NCBI GenBank assembly: GCA_001438145.1
Contig: LICD01000001.1
Coordinates: 197 to 64,196, forward strand
DNA length: 64,000 nt
Reading direction: 5' to 3'
Source: OM182 bacterium BACL3 MAG-120619-bin3
Lineage (GTDB): Bacteria; Pseudomonadota; Gammaproteobacteria; Pseudomonadales; Pseudohongiellaceae
A model generated the notes under the pieces. That model was not told where the DNA came from and did no database searches. It was given only the letters and a program-made list of their open reading frames with translations. The position numbers were made by a program, and so were the translations under genes. Positions 37,861 to 47,709 of this stretch are shown here, one piece after another; position 1 is the first letter of the stretch, and each line of letters opens with the position of its first letter.

Positions 37861-39066
37861 ATGCTGAATAGTGACAGCGAAGGGTCGTTGAAGGGTAAGG
37901 TTGTTATCGATTTGACGCGAGTGTTGGGCGGTCCTTACTGTACGCAGATTCTTGGGGATCATGGGGCGGAGGTGATAAAGATCGAGCCTCCGCGCGGAGA
38001 TGAAACTCGAGACTGGGGGCCTCCGTTTCACGATGAGGATGCGCCTTACTATTTAGCCGTGAATCGCAATAAACGCGCGATGGCGTTAGACCTTTCGTGT
38101 AGCGAAGGTCAGGCAGTTCTGCTGCGCCTTTTAGAGTCCGCCGACATCTTAGTCGAAAACTATAAGCCGGGGACAATGGAAGGCTGGGGTCTTGGATTTG
38201 AAGAGGTGCTTCGCGCGCGCTTTCCTAAGCTCATCCATTGCCGGGTAAGTGGTTTCGGCGCGGATGGCCCCTGGGGCGGCTTCCCAGGCTACGATGCGAT
38301 TGTTCAGGCGATGGCAGGATGGTTTAGCGTCAATGGCGAGCGCGAGAGTGCGCCAGTGCGCTTGGGGCTTGCCATGGTAGATATGGGCACGGGCCTTTAC
38401 TGCGCAGTTGCTATTCTTCTGGCGTTAGCCGAGCGAGAAAAATCGGGATTGGGTCAATACTTGGATATGACGCTTTACGACTGCGCGGTGTCTTTCATGC
38501 ATCCGCACATACCCAATTACCTATACTCTGGAGAAATTCCGGGCCCGACAGGCAATGCGCATCCCAATATCAGTCCCTACGATACTTTTCGGACAAAGAC
38601 AGTCGACATATTTATTGGCGCAGGTAATAACCGAGCATTTGCTAAACTCTGCGCGGAGGTGGCTCGGCAAGACCTTCTGGCTGATCCTCGATTTGCAAAC
38701 AACAGCGACAGAGTCAAAAATCGTGATGTGCTAAAGGTCGAGCTCGAGACTGCCTTAATGCGTATCGACGGTGCGGAGCTCGCTGATACGCTGGCGCGCG
38801 CCGGGCTCGCCTCCGGGCCGATTCACAATACTGCGCAAGTTGTGGCGCATCCTCATACTCAGCATCGGCAAATGATTGTCGAGAAAGAGTGGTATAAGGC
38901 GCTGGGCTCTCCAATTAAGCTTAGCCGGACGCCAGCCTCCCTTCGTTCTCTGCCACCTAAATTCGGCGAGCATAGCCGCGAGGTGTTAACGGAATTCGGA
39001 TTCGAAGACCGCGAAGTCGATGCGCTTTTAGCAAGCGGTGTGGTGCCAACAGTTCGGCACACTTAG
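37861..39066 (+). CDS. CaiB/BaiF family (class III) CoA-transferase
   Basis: LKGKVVIDLTRVLGGPYCTQILGDHGAEVIKIEPPRGDETR is the family N-terminal signature. Also NYKPGTMEGWG. Confidence 0.9.
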   Translation: MLNSDSEGSLKGKVVIDLTRVLGGPYCTQILGDHGAEVIKIEPPRGDETRDWGPPFHDEDAPYYLAVNRNKRAMALDLSCSEGQAVLLRLLESADILVENYKPGTMEGWGLGFEEVLRARFPKLIHCRVSGFGADGPWGGFPGYDAIVQAMAGWFSVNGERESAPVRLGLAMVDMGTGLYCAVAILLALAEREKSGLGQYLDMTLYDCAVSFMHPHIPNYLYSGEIPGPTGNAHPNISPYDTFRTKTVDIFIGAGNNRAFAKLCAEVARQDLLADPRFANNSDRVKNRDVLKVELETALMRIDGAELADTLARAGLASGPIHNTAQVVAHPHTQHRQMIVEKEWYKALGSPIKLSRTPASLRSLPPKFGEHSREVLTEFGFEDREVDALLASGVVPTVRHT

Positions 39067-39200
39067 TACCGAAGCTTGTGTAGAGCTTGATGAGTCAGGG
39101 TAATAAATGAGTCTGACGAGTCGCGCGCTCGCAGTCTTGCCTATGGTGTGTTACTTTGGTATAACACTATATCAAACAATCTCCTGAGAAAGGAATTCGA

Positions 39201-39557
39201 GTGTTAGTCAAATGGAAGCAAGGCGAGCCGATCTACCTTCAGCTTAGGGATCGGCTTCGTGACCTCATTTTGCAGGGCGTTTACCAGGAGGGTGAGGCGG
39301 TTCCCTCGGTGCGCCAGCTGTCGGCCGATCTTCGAATTAACCCTATTACTGTCTCTAAATCCTTGCAGCTATTGGTTGATGGGGGCTGGATAGAAAAGCG
39401 TCGGGGGCTAGGAATGTTTGTCTGCGTCGATGCACGCGCGGCGTTGGCTTCGAGCCAGCGGCAGTATTTTCTAGAGCACGAGTGGCCGGATATTTTGACA
39501 CGACTAACACTACTTGGCTTGCGCGTGAGCGACCTGCCAGACCAGCTGCCGGATTAG
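39201..39557 (+). CDS. GntR family (YtrA-type, short) transcriptional regulator
   Basis: 118 aa with a wHTH only: PIYLQLRDRLRDLILQGVYQEGEAVPSVRQLSADLRINPITVSKSLQLL. Confidence 0.85.
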   Translation: MLVKWKQGEPIYLQLRDRLRDLILQGVYQEGEAVPSVRQLSADLRINPITVSKSLQLLVDGGWIEKRRGLGMFVCVDARAALASSQRQYFLEHEWPDILTRLTLLGLRVSDLPDQLPD

Positions 39558-39587
39558 CAGCGAGAGAGTGAAAAAGGGAAACTAATT

Positions 39588-40514
39588 ATGGAAAACACGC
39601 AACAAGAGAGCGCTAAGCTCGATGCTAAATGGCGGCCCGAAAGCGCGATTAAGGCAAGGAATCTGTGTAAGTCATACGGCAGCTTTAGGGCACTTGATGG
39701 CATCGATCTCGACATCCCTCGAGGCGCCATTTGCGGGTTAATAGGGCCTAACGGCGCGGGCAAAACAACTGCACTCAAGTCGTTGGTCGGTCTCTGCGAT
39801 TCCGACGGCGAGCTCAGCGTTATTGGGCATGATCCGCGGGTCGCAAGAGCATCTCTGATGCAAGATGCCTGTTTTATAGCCGATGTGGGCGTGCTGCCCA
39901 AAAGCCTTCGCTGTATTGACGTGCTTGCCTATGTCGACGATGTTCATCCTAAATTCAATCGAGCAAAGGCGCTGAGATTTCTCGCCACAACAGATATAGA
40001 CCTCAAAAATCGCGTCAAGACACTGTCCAAGGGAATGGTCACTCAGCTACACCTGGCGCTTGTTATGGCGCTCGATGTCGAGCTACTTATTTTTGATGAG
40101 CCCACGCTGGGGCTCGATATTATTTATCGGCAAGAGTTTTATGACCGTCTGCTTACTCAGTTTTACGATGGCAGCCAAACGATCGTTATCAGCACACACC
40201 AAGTAGAAGAAATCGAATCATTGCTGTCGCATTTAATCTTTATCTCTCACGGAAAAATAGTGTTTAGTACTGAAATGGAAGCGTTACAACAGCGTTTCGT
40301 CGAAGTGGCGGTAGCAGCAGAGAACTATGCAGCAGCAGACGGTTTGAAGCCTATTTATACGCGCGCAACGCTAGGCGGTAAGGATTATTTATTCGAGCTT
40401 GAGGAGGGCGAGCGCGGGGTTGGCGATCGAAGCCGATATGAGCGCCTAGGACGGGTCAGCACGCCGAGCGTTGCCGACGTCTTTGTGGCGAAGCTGGGAG
40501 CCTCTCATGGATAA
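39588..40514 (+). CDS. ABC transporter ATP-binding protein
   Basis: Walker A GPNGAGKTT, signature LSKGMVTQL, Walker B LLIFDEP. Confidence 0.9.
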   Translation: MENTQQESAKLDAKWRPESAIKARNLCKSYGSFRALDGIDLDIPRGAICGLIGPNGAGKTTALKSLVGLCDSDGELSVIGHDPRVARASLMQDACFIADVGVLPKSLRCIDVLAYVDDVHPKFNRAKALRFLATTDIDLKNRVKTLSKGMVTQLHLALVMALDVELLIFDEPTLGLDIIYRQEFYDRLLTQFYDGSQTIVISTHQVEEIESLLSHLIFISHGKIVFSTEMEALQQRFVEVAVAAENYAAADGLKPIYTRATLGGKDYLFELEEGERGVGDRSRYERLGRVSTPSVADVFVAKLGASHG

Positions 40515-41373
40515 TTTAGCCGCAGGCCCAAGGACGATTAGGCGTTGGCGAGGACTGCTTTTACGCGAAATCCGAGAGAACCGAAGCCTATTACTCTACG
40601 CACCCTGCCTGCTCGTTTTGGTTGCTATTCTCCTCGGTATGCGCCTCTTTACGCTGTTACCCCTAGAGCGGCAAAAAGCCGGCTTGGAGCTGCTTTTCAA
40701 TCGATTTGAAGGTCTCAATGCCTCAGACGTTGCTCCTCTACTTACCTCAGCGGGCGCGCTGAACTTGCTTTTTATCATTGGCATCGCGACGAGTTATCTT
40801 GCTTCGAGTCTTTATGCGGACCGGAAAGAGCAAAGCTATTTTTTTTGGCAGTCTATGCCGATCTCCGATCGCAGCACCATACTTTCGAAGGTGGTGACTG
40901 CCGTAGTGATGATCCCAGGAATCTATATGGGCGTGCTGGCCGCCGGCAGCCTGATGCTGATCATTGGCGTCGCAGGGTATAGTTTTTCCCTCGGCGTTGA
41001 GCTCAATGGGCTACAGGAGTTATTTGCGGCGATGCTTGTAGCCCTCGGCTTTATTGGCCTCTCGGCATTTATCGCGATGCTCTGGTTGCTACCGGCGGTT
41101 GGATGGGTTCTCTTGTTTTCGGCCTACGCCTCACGCGTACCACTGCTATGGGCTATCGGCGTGCTTGTGGCTCTGAGCCTTCTCGAGGAAATTGTCTTAG
41201 GGAGTAATACTATTGATACGTGGATCGCGAGCCGGTCCAGTCCGTGGCAATATTTGGTGTTTAGCTTCGAGGACATGGCGGCGCGTCTGCTCAGTTACGA
41301 CATGCTCTTTGGTGCTGCGCTTGGGGCGATGCTCATTACCGGTGCGACGCTGATGCGCCGGTTTGCTGATTGA
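40507..41373 (+). CDS. ABC-2-like polytopic membrane protein (putative permease partner)
   Basis: The ATG at 40507 overlaps the ATPase stop. About 6 TM helices. No recognisable family motif. Confidence 0.6.
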   Translation: MDNLAAGPRTIRRWRGLLLREIRENRSLLLYAPCLLVLVAILLGMRLFTLLPLERQKAGLELLFNRFEGLNASDVAPLLTSAGALNLLFIIGIATSYLASSLYADRKEQSYFFWQSMPISDRSTILSKVVTAVVMIPGIYMGVLAAGSLMLIIGVAGYSFSLGVELNGLQELFAAMLVALGFIGLSAFIAMLWLLPAVGWVLLFSAYASRVPLLWAIGVLVALSLLEEIVLGSNTIDTWIASRSSPWQYLVFSFEDMAARLLSYDMLFGAALGAMLITGATLMRRFAD

Positions 41374-41387
41374 TCGAGGCGAGCGGA

Positions 41388-41645
41388 ATGAAAAGCGAAA
41401 ACGACACAGGAGAGGACATGGACAGAATAGAGCGCGAAACCAGCCAATCGATTAAGTTGCAGCGCGTGCTGCGCAGGACGCTTTTACGTAACAAGCACTC
41501 ACTATTCTTTGCAACGATTGCGTTGGTGCTCTGCGTGGTAGCAGTGGAGGGGAAGCTGACTGATCGACAGGGGAGAGGTGCTCAATTTGAGAACCCCTTC
41601 TTCGACTTGGAAATTGCCCCGGACATTAGATCAAGCCTTCGTTAA
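41388..41645 (+). CDS. small single-TM hypothetical protein
   Basis: ATG at 41388 preceded by gaggcgagcgga. One TM helix (SLFFATIALVLCVVAV). Abuts the preceding gene. Confidence 0.4.
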   Translation: MKSENDTGEDMDRIERETSQSIKLQRVLRRTLLRNKHSLFFATIALVLCVVAVEGKLTDRQGRGAQFENPFFDLEIAPDIRSSLR

Positions 41646-41983
41646 CTCAGTCGATCAGGCGCTCTATTAAGGCGCGATCAAAGCTCTATCAAAGCGCGGG
41701 CGCGGCGTTGGTAAGGGTTAGGCAAGGCGTTAGCGTTGACCTTCGACGGTGCCTCCGAATTGGTTGTTAGCCGCGTTTAGGTGAAGTAGACTCTAGGGCA
41801 ACCCCTCGCCGCTGCGCGCCACTTGCGCGGTGAAGGCTCGACACACTGCACCTCCGTTAGTCTCTCCTGTAGCGACGGTAGTCTCCTTGTTCAAGCAGAC
41901 CGCTTGGCTAGGTAAGTAACCGTCGGCCACGCGATAAAATCTTGCTAAGCATTCGTCGAATAAGGCGATCTATCGGAGCTGCT

Positions 41984-43012
41984 ATGACGCAAAATACTCA
42001 AGTCCTACTCGCGAAACGTCCCCACGGTGAACCAACCGACGATTGTTTTAAATACGTAACTGTCGAGACACCTGCGCTTGAAGAGAATCAGGTGCTTATC
42101 AAAGTTGTCTGGCTGTCACTCGATCCCTATATGCGCGGCCGCATGAATGACATGAAGTCATATGTTGCGTCACTTGAAGTCGGCGATGTAATGACAGGCG
42201 AGTCGACTGGTATTGTGGTTGAGTCTAAATCGGATAAATACAAGGTGGGCGACAGAGTCGCTGCGCACATGGGCTGGCAAACGACTATTGTTGCCAACGC
42301 CGATGACCCTCGGCTCATGCCTGTTGATCTCGACAATGGCACACTCTCAGCGCATATCGGCGTGGTCGGAATGCCCGGTCGCACTGCGTATTTCGGCCTT
42401 ACCGATGTTGGCAAGCCGGTTGCAGGAGAGACTTTAGTCGTTGCCGCCGCGTCGGGTGCCGTAGGTTCTGTTGTCGGTCAGATTGCCAAGCTTAAGGGTC
42501 TACGTGCGGTCGGCATCGCCGGAGGCCCAGACAAATGTCGCTACGTGAAAGAGGAGCTTGGCTTCGACGATTGCATTGATTACAAAGCGGGTAACCTTGC
42601 TGAAGAACTTGCCCGCGCTTGCCCAGACGGCATCGACATCTATTTCGAGAACGTGGGCGGCGATGTTACCCGCGCCGTTGCGCCACTCCTTAACCCCGGA
42701 GCGCGCGTACCAATCTGCGGTTACGTCTCGAATTACAACGACGAAGACATGGCAAGCGCCATCACCCCATTCCATATTCTCAAAGAGCTCGACAACGTTC
42801 CCGAGCACCGTTTCTTCGTGGTCACCGAATGGCATGCCCAGTGGATCGAGGCGACCAAACAATTAGGCGCATGGATTAAAGAAGGCAAAATCAAATATCG
42901 AGAGTCTATCGGTGAAGGCATCGAGAATGCGCCTGAGTTGTTCCGCGGCATGCTGAAAGGACGTAACTTCGGCAAGCAACTTGTGCGCGTCGCCGATGAA
43001 ACTGTAGGTTAG
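41984..43012 (+). CDS. NADP-dependent oxidoreductase (MDR superfamily, YncB/CurA/PTGR1-like alkenal/one reductase)
   Basis: ORF trimmed to the ATG at 41984 with GGAG upstream. LSLDPYMRGRM and AASGAVGSVVGQIAKLKG motifs. Confidence 0.85.
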   Translation: MTQNTQVLLAKRPHGEPTDDCFKYVTVETPALEENQVLIKVVWLSLDPYMRGRMNDMKSYVASLEVGDVMTGESTGIVVESKSDKYKVGDRVAAHMGWQTTIVANADDPRLMPVDLDNGTLSAHIGVVGMPGRTAYFGLTDVGKPVAGETLVVAAASGAVGSVVGQIAKLKGLRAVGIAGGPDKCRYVKEELGFDDCIDYKAGNLAEELARACPDGIDIYFENVGGDVTRAVAPLLNPGARVPICGYVSNYNDEDMASAITPFHILKELDNVPEHRFFVVTEWHAQWIEATKQLGAWIKEGKIKYRESIGEGIENAPELFRGMLKGRNFGKQLVRVADETVG

Positions 43013-43016
43013 ATTG

Positions 43017-43844
43017 ATGGATTCGAAGTCAGAGAACTTTTCGTTAGACCGTCTGTTCGGTCTTCAGGGTAAGGCGGCGCTTGTAACCGGAGGCAGTAGC
43101 GGTCTCGGGCTGCACATGGCCAAAGGTCTTTTGCAGAACGGCGTCAAGGTGATGATCGCCTCGCGTAGCGAAGAGAAGTGCACCCAAGCCCTCGAAGAGC
43201 TTGCTCCTTTCGGGGAAGTTGCCGCAGTGGCGGCTGATGTTACCAAACAAGAGGCAAGGGCTACGCTCGTGGCGGAGGTTGAGGCGCATTTTGGCGCGCT
43301 CGACATCCTCGTGAATAACGCCGGCGCCAACTGGGGCGCGCCGCTCGCAGACTATCCCGACGCAGGCTTCGCTAAGGTTATGGACACCAACCTCAATGCA
43401 GTTTTCGCGCTAACACGGGATTTAGTGCCCGCGCTTGCCCGAGCGGCGTCTGCTGATTCGCCCTCACGTATCATTAATATAGGCTCGATGGACGGCATTC
43501 ATGTCCCCATTGTGCAGCGCGTGCCCACGTTCGCCTATTCAGCGAGCAAGGCTGCTTTGCATCATCTTACGAAAGCGTTTGCCGTCGAACTTGGCGCTCA
43601 GCACATTACTGCCAACGCGATAGCGCCGGGATTTTTTGAATCAAAGATGACAGATCATGTTTTCGAGCACTACCTTGCAGATATCGAAGACGATTGCCCC
43701 CTGCATCGAGTTGGGCGCCCAGAGGAAATCGTTGGCATCTTGGTTTACCTCGCCTCGCGCGCAGGTTCCTATACCAATGGCACTGTCATCCCAGTTGATG
43801 GCGGCACAAGTATTTCGAAGGGTAAGCGTGAGTGGACCCTTTAG
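43017..43844 (+). CDS. SDR family oxidoreductase
   Basis: TGGSSGLG cofactor motif, NNAG, and the YSASKAA catalytic Tyr-x3-Lys. Confidence 0.9.
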   Translation: MDSKSENFSLDRLFGLQGKAALVTGGSSGLGLHMAKGLLQNGVKVMIASRSEEKCTQALEELAPFGEVAAVAADVTKQEARATLVAEVEAHFGALDILVNNAGANWGAPLADYPDAGFAKVMDTNLNAVFALTRDLVPALARAASADSPSRIINIGSMDGIHVPIVQRVPTFAYSASKAALHHLTKAFAVELGAQHITANAIAPGFFESKMTDHVFEHYLADIEDDCPLHRVGRPEEIVGILVYLASRAGSYTNGTVIPVDGGTSISKGKREWTL

Positions 43845-43908
43845 CGTGAGCCGTGAGCTACGCGAAACCGACTTAACATTGAATCAAGAGAGAGCAGGAG
43901 AGAAGGGT

Positions 43909-44673
43909 ATGAGTTTGTTTAGTCTGGAAGGTAAGGTGGCCCTTATTACTGGCTCCACAAAAGGCATCGGTAAGGCGATAGCACAGCGTATGGCAGAGCA
44001 GGGTGCGACGGTTGTGATCTCTAGTCGCAATCAGGATGCGTGCGACGAAGTCGCCGCGGAAATTACAGCGCGAGGGGATAAGGCGATAGGTGTTGCCTGC
44101 AACATCAATCACAAAGATCAGCTTCAGCAATTGGTTGAGAAGACAACGGCTGCGCTCGGAAAAATCGACGTGCTTGTTTGTAATGCCGCGTTGAACCCCT
44201 TTTTTGGCAAGTCGCAAGACATCCCTGATGAGGCTTTCGACAAGATTATGCAGGCGAACATTGGCAGCGTTCATCGCCTGTGCCAGTTAGTGATACCCGG
44301 GATTGCCGAATCTGGAGGCGGCGCGGTTGTCATCATTTCGTCTATTGGCGGCCTCAAAGGAACCGATGCACTGGGTGCCTACGCAATATCGAAAGCAGCA
44401 GACATGCAGATCGCGCGTAATTTGGCGGTCGAATGGGGGCCTAAAAATGTGCGCGTAAATTGCATCGCGCCGGGTCTTGTCCGCACAGATTTCGCAAAAG
44501 CGCTGTGGGAGAACCCCGATATTTACGCGGCAACGGTTAAGAACTATCCGCTGCGCCGAATTGGCGAGCCCGACGAAATCGCCGGTGCGGCAGTGTTTCT
44601 CGCGTCACAAGCGGGGAGCTTTACTACGGGCCAGACGCTCGTTATCGACGGCGGCGGCACGATTGCGAGCTGA
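43909..44673 (+). CDS. SDR family oxidoreductase
   Basis: ORF 43657..44673 trimmed to the ATG at 43909 (GGAGAGAAGGG upstream). TGSTKGIG, NAA and YAISKAA motifs. Confidence 0.9.
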   Translation: MSLFSLEGKVALITGSTKGIGKAIAQRMAEQGATVVISSRNQDACDEVAAEITARGDKAIGVACNINHKDQLQQLVEKTTAALGKIDVLVCNAALNPFFGKSQDIPDEAFDKIMQANIGSVHRLCQLVIPGIAESGGGAVVIISSIGGLKGTDALGAYAISKAADMQIARNLAVEWGPKNVRVNCIAPGLVRTDFAKALWENPDIYAATVKNYPLRRIGEPDEIAGAAVFLASQAGSFTTGQTLVIDGGGTIAS

Positions 44674-44713
44674 TCACGAATTTCATATTAATTTCAAAAG
44701 TACTTAGTAAAGG

Positions 44714-45940
44714 GTGAATGCCATGATGAATTTAGGACTATCAGATGAGCTCGTCGTCATTCGTGAGAAAATTCGCACGTTTGTAGAAGAGAAAGTAGAG
44801 CCGGTAGAGCAGGATTACCACGACGAGGTAAGCGTTGGTGATCGCTGGTCGCATACGCCGCGTCAAGATGAAATCCTCGAAAGCCTTAAAGCAGAGGCGC
44901 GCAAGCTCGGCCTATGGAATTTCTTCCTGCCGAAAAGCCAAGGCGGCGCGGGTATCTCGAATCTTGAATACGCGCATCTGGCTGAAATCATGGGACGTAG
45001 TCGTCTCGCGTCCGAGGCAATGAACTGCAGCGCACCAGACACGGGTAATATGGAAGTGCTCGAGCGTTACGGCTCCGAAGAGCAAAAGCAGCAGTGGCTC
45101 TTGCCTTTGCTAGCCGGTGAAATCCGTTCGGCGTTTGCGATGACCGAGCCTGGTGTTGCCTCGTCGGACGCGACTAATATCGCCACCAGCGCGGTGCTCG
45201 ACGGCGATGAGTGGGTGATCAACGGTGAGAAGTTTTATATCTCAGGTGCGGGCGATGCGCGCTGCAAGATTATGATCACAATGGTCGTGACTGACCCCGA
45301 TGCACCTAAGCATAACCGTCAGTCGCAGATTCTCGTACCAATGGACGCCGAAGGCGTCGAAGTTGTGCGCCCTATGCACGTTTTCGGCAAAGACGATGCG
45401 CCACACGGCCACATGCATATTAAATTTCACAATGTGCGCGTGCCTGAGAGCAATATTATTCTCGGCCGCGGCCGAGGTTTTGAGATTTCGCAGGGCCGCT
45501 TGGGTCCAGGCCGTATCCACCATTGCATGCGCTCAATTGGCGCGGCGGAGAAGGCGCTCGAACTTATGTGCGAGCGCGCAGTCAGCCGTGAGGCGTTTGG
45601 TAAGCCTCTCGCCGAACTCGGCGGTAACTATGATGTGATCGCAGATAGCCGTATCGAAATCGAAATGTGTAGGCTTCTTACTTTTAAAGCGGCCTACCTC
45701 ATGGATACTATCGGCAATAAAGCCGCGCGAGATGCCATTTCGCAGATCAAAGTGGCGGTGCCGAATATGGCGCTTCGTGTTATCGACAGAGCTATACAGA
45801 TGCATGGCGCGGCGGGTATATCGCAAGATTTCCCTCTCGCATCCCTGTGGACGAGCCAGCGTACGCTGCGCCTAGCCGACGGACCTGATGAGGTGCATCG
45901 CCGTGTTATCGCACGTAAAGAGCTTGCGAACTACAGCTAG
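44714..45940 (+). CDS. acyl-CoA dehydrogenase family protein (ACAD10/11-like)
   Basis: [16 protein letters not shown], the catalytic-base region and the C-terminal helical domain ...[10 protein letters not shown]. Start is GTG 44714 or ATG 44723. Confidence 0.9.
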   Translation: MNAMMNLGLSDELVVIREKIRTFVEEKVEPVEQDYHDEVSVGDRWSHTPRQDEILESLKAEARKLGLWNFFLPKSQGGAGISNLEYAHLAEIMGRSRLASEAMNCSAPDTGNMEVLERYGSEEQKQQWLLPLLAGEIRSAFAMTEPGVASSDATNIATSAVLDGDEWVINGEKFYISGAGDARCKIMITMVVTDPDAPKHNRQSQILVPMDAEGVEVVRPMHVFGKDDAPHGHMHIKFHNVRVPESNIILGRGRGFEISQGRLGPGRIHHCMRSIGAAEKALELMCERAVSREAFGKPLAELGGNYDVIADSRIEIEMCRLLTFKAAYLMDTIGNKAARDAISQIKVAVPNMALRVIDRAIQMHGAAGISQDFPLASLWTSQRTLRLADGPDEVHRRVIARKELANYS

Positions 45941-45997
45941 TCTCCGACCCACCGGCTCGGCTGTTTATAGGCTGCAGCCGCTGACAAGCGACAAGAT

Positions 45998-46025
45998 AAC
46001 GGAGGCTCAGGCCTCCGTTTTTTTA
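45998..46025 (+). terminator. Rho-independent terminator after the acyl-CoA dehydrogenase gene
   Basis: Stem cggaggc/gcctccg with loop tcag, followed by a T7 run. Confidence 0.85.
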
Positions 46026-46245
46026 TTCAGAATAAAGGATATACAGCTAAGACAACGTTCATGAATGCCATCCAAGACATAGAATGTGTCGCCACGGCAA
46101 AAGGCGGCCTAGCTCGTCTCGCCCGTTTGCACTGCGACATTATGTCGCGGAAACTTTTTGAGTTGCGCCTAGGTGTCGGCGCTGACACCTGACATACTAT
46201 CTATTAAAGTAAATCTGCACGCCCAATTAACCAGCGGAGTATCGT

Positions 46246-46665
46246 ATGATCGTCACTGTGACAAGGCCTTTGGCATCGCTTTCTTTTTTAAAAACCTCAC
46301 TTCGGGCATTCGCGTTTATCGCCTGCGTGTCGCTGAGCATGACTGCGAGCGCGCATAATGTGTTGAAGTCGTCGATTCCCGCCGATGGTTCTACGCTTGA
46401 GCGCTCACCCAGCGAGCTCGCGCTCGACTTCAATGGTCAGGTGAGATTAGTAAAGCTGTCCTTAAAACGCAGCGACGAGAGTATCGATGTGGGTTTTAAG
46501 CCTGATCTTACCGCAGCGACCTCTTTCGTCGTACCAGTGCCTGAGCTTGCGTCTGGGACTTATTCCCTCGAATTTTCAGTGATAGGCGAAGATGGCCATA
46601 CCGTCGCAGGGCACTTTAATTTTGGCATAGGAATGCCAGCTGCTCATGCGGAGAGCGGGCACTAG
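46246..46665 (+). CDS. copC: copper resistance protein CopC
   Basis: GGAG upstream. Signal peptide ends ...TASA-H, so the mature N-terminus is His. SSIPADGSTLE..PSELALDF and the EDGHTVAGHFNF motif. Confidence 0.85.
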   Translation: MIVTVTRPLASLSFLKTSLRAFAFIACVSLSMTASAHNVLKSSIPADGSTLERSPSELALDFNGQVRLVKLSLKRSDESIDVGFKPDLTAATSFVVPVPELASGTYSLEFSVIGEDGHTVAGHFNFGIGMPAAHAESGH

Positions 46666-46701
46666 CCCGCTGGAAGCACACGCCCCATCGATGAGACACT
46701 C

Positions 46702-47625
46702 GTGACCTTGCTCCTGTCTATTCCTAGTCTGTGGGCGCTTGCATTCGCCCTCGCAAAGATCGGCGTTTTCGCCGGACTGATCGCGGGAGCGGGCGGTGTT
46801 TTGGCGCTGGGCGGCTACCACAATGGCTCCCGCGCGGCGCACACCCGCCTGCTGTCCTACAGTTTATTAGGCGCTTTCATTGGATTCCATTCGAGTCTCG
46901 CGCCGGTCTTGATTCAGGCAGGGCAGATAAACGACGCAGGTGTGATGGGCATGTTCGATAGTGACCTAGTTCTGCTGCTGCGTGGCACTCCTGTATGGGA
47001 GTCAGCTGCCTTTCGTGGCGCAGGCTTTGCGCTCTCGGCGCTGTTAATCCTTTCATTGCTGCGAACACTGCGGGCGCAAAGAAAGCCGCCCGACTCAGTC
47101 TTTTATCGGCTCGCTTTTATCGGGCAAGCACTCGCGCTCGGCCTCGTCGCCTACGGCTTTACGCTGTCTGGCCATGTCTCTGTGCTCGACGCGTGGCTTC
47201 GGGCAGCGCTGGCGTTTCATGTGGCCGCGATGGCGATCTGGGTAGGGATGCTTCTCCCCTTGCGCTGGTGCTGCGACGATGTCGAGACTGGGGATTTGGG
47301 TGATCTGATGAGGCGATTTGGCCGCCTCGGCATGGGTTTAGTCGCAGCGCTCGCCTCAAGCGGTGCATTTATGCTGCTCACTCTCATCGACCTAATCGAG
47401 TTGTTTACAACCCAGTACGGTCGCCTAATGCTTTTCAAACTTGCCGCTTTCGTCGGCCTTCTCTCTATCGCAGCCCTCAATAAACTGCGGCATGTACCAG
47501 TGCTACACCTGCCTGGCGGCTCACGAGCGCTAGCCCGAAGCATCGATCGAGAGCTTATTGTTGCGATGGTTCTTCTGCTTGTGACCGCAGTCGTTACGAC
47601 GCTGCTTGGGCCTGCGACACACTGA
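46702..47625 (+). CDS. copD: copper resistance protein CopD family membrane protein
   Basis: 8-TM protein directly after copC. GTG start. Confidence 0.75.
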   Translation: MTLLLSIPSLWALAFALAKIGVFAGLIAGAGGVLALGGYHNGSRAAHTRLLSYSLLGAFIGFHSSLAPVLIQAGQINDAGVMGMFDSDLVLLLRGTPVWESAAFRGAGFALSALLILSLLRTLRAQRKPPDSVFYRLAFIGQALALGLVAYGFTLSGHVSVLDAWLRAALAFHVAAMAIWVGMLLPLRWCCDDVETGDLGDLMRRFGRLGMGLVAALASSGAFMLLTLIDLIELFTTQYGRLMLFKLAAFVGLLSIAALNKLRHVPVLHLPGGSRALARSIDRELIVAMVLLLVTAVVTTLLGPATH

Positions 47626-47709
47626 GTGCTCGTCGATTAGGAAGGCTCAAGTAACCTTGAACCTCTGCCGATTACTAACAGGTACACCGTCACAAGCTCT
47701 CAACTTCGA

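Noticed and set aside
46061-46192. 43-aa ORF (MNAIQDIECVATAKGG...) upstream of copC
   Set aside because: It has no RBS, no recognisable motif, and it overlaps the palindromes that look regulatory. There is insufficient evidence for coding.
45941-46245. Search for tRNA, tmRNA or riboswitch-like structures in the larger intergenic gaps. Also checked: 41646-41983, 34630-34924, 26166-26425 and 16306-16477.
   Set aside because: I recognised no cloverleaf-compatible sequence (no GTTCGAATC-type T-arm) and no known riboswitch core by eye. This cannot be excluded without a covariance-model scan.
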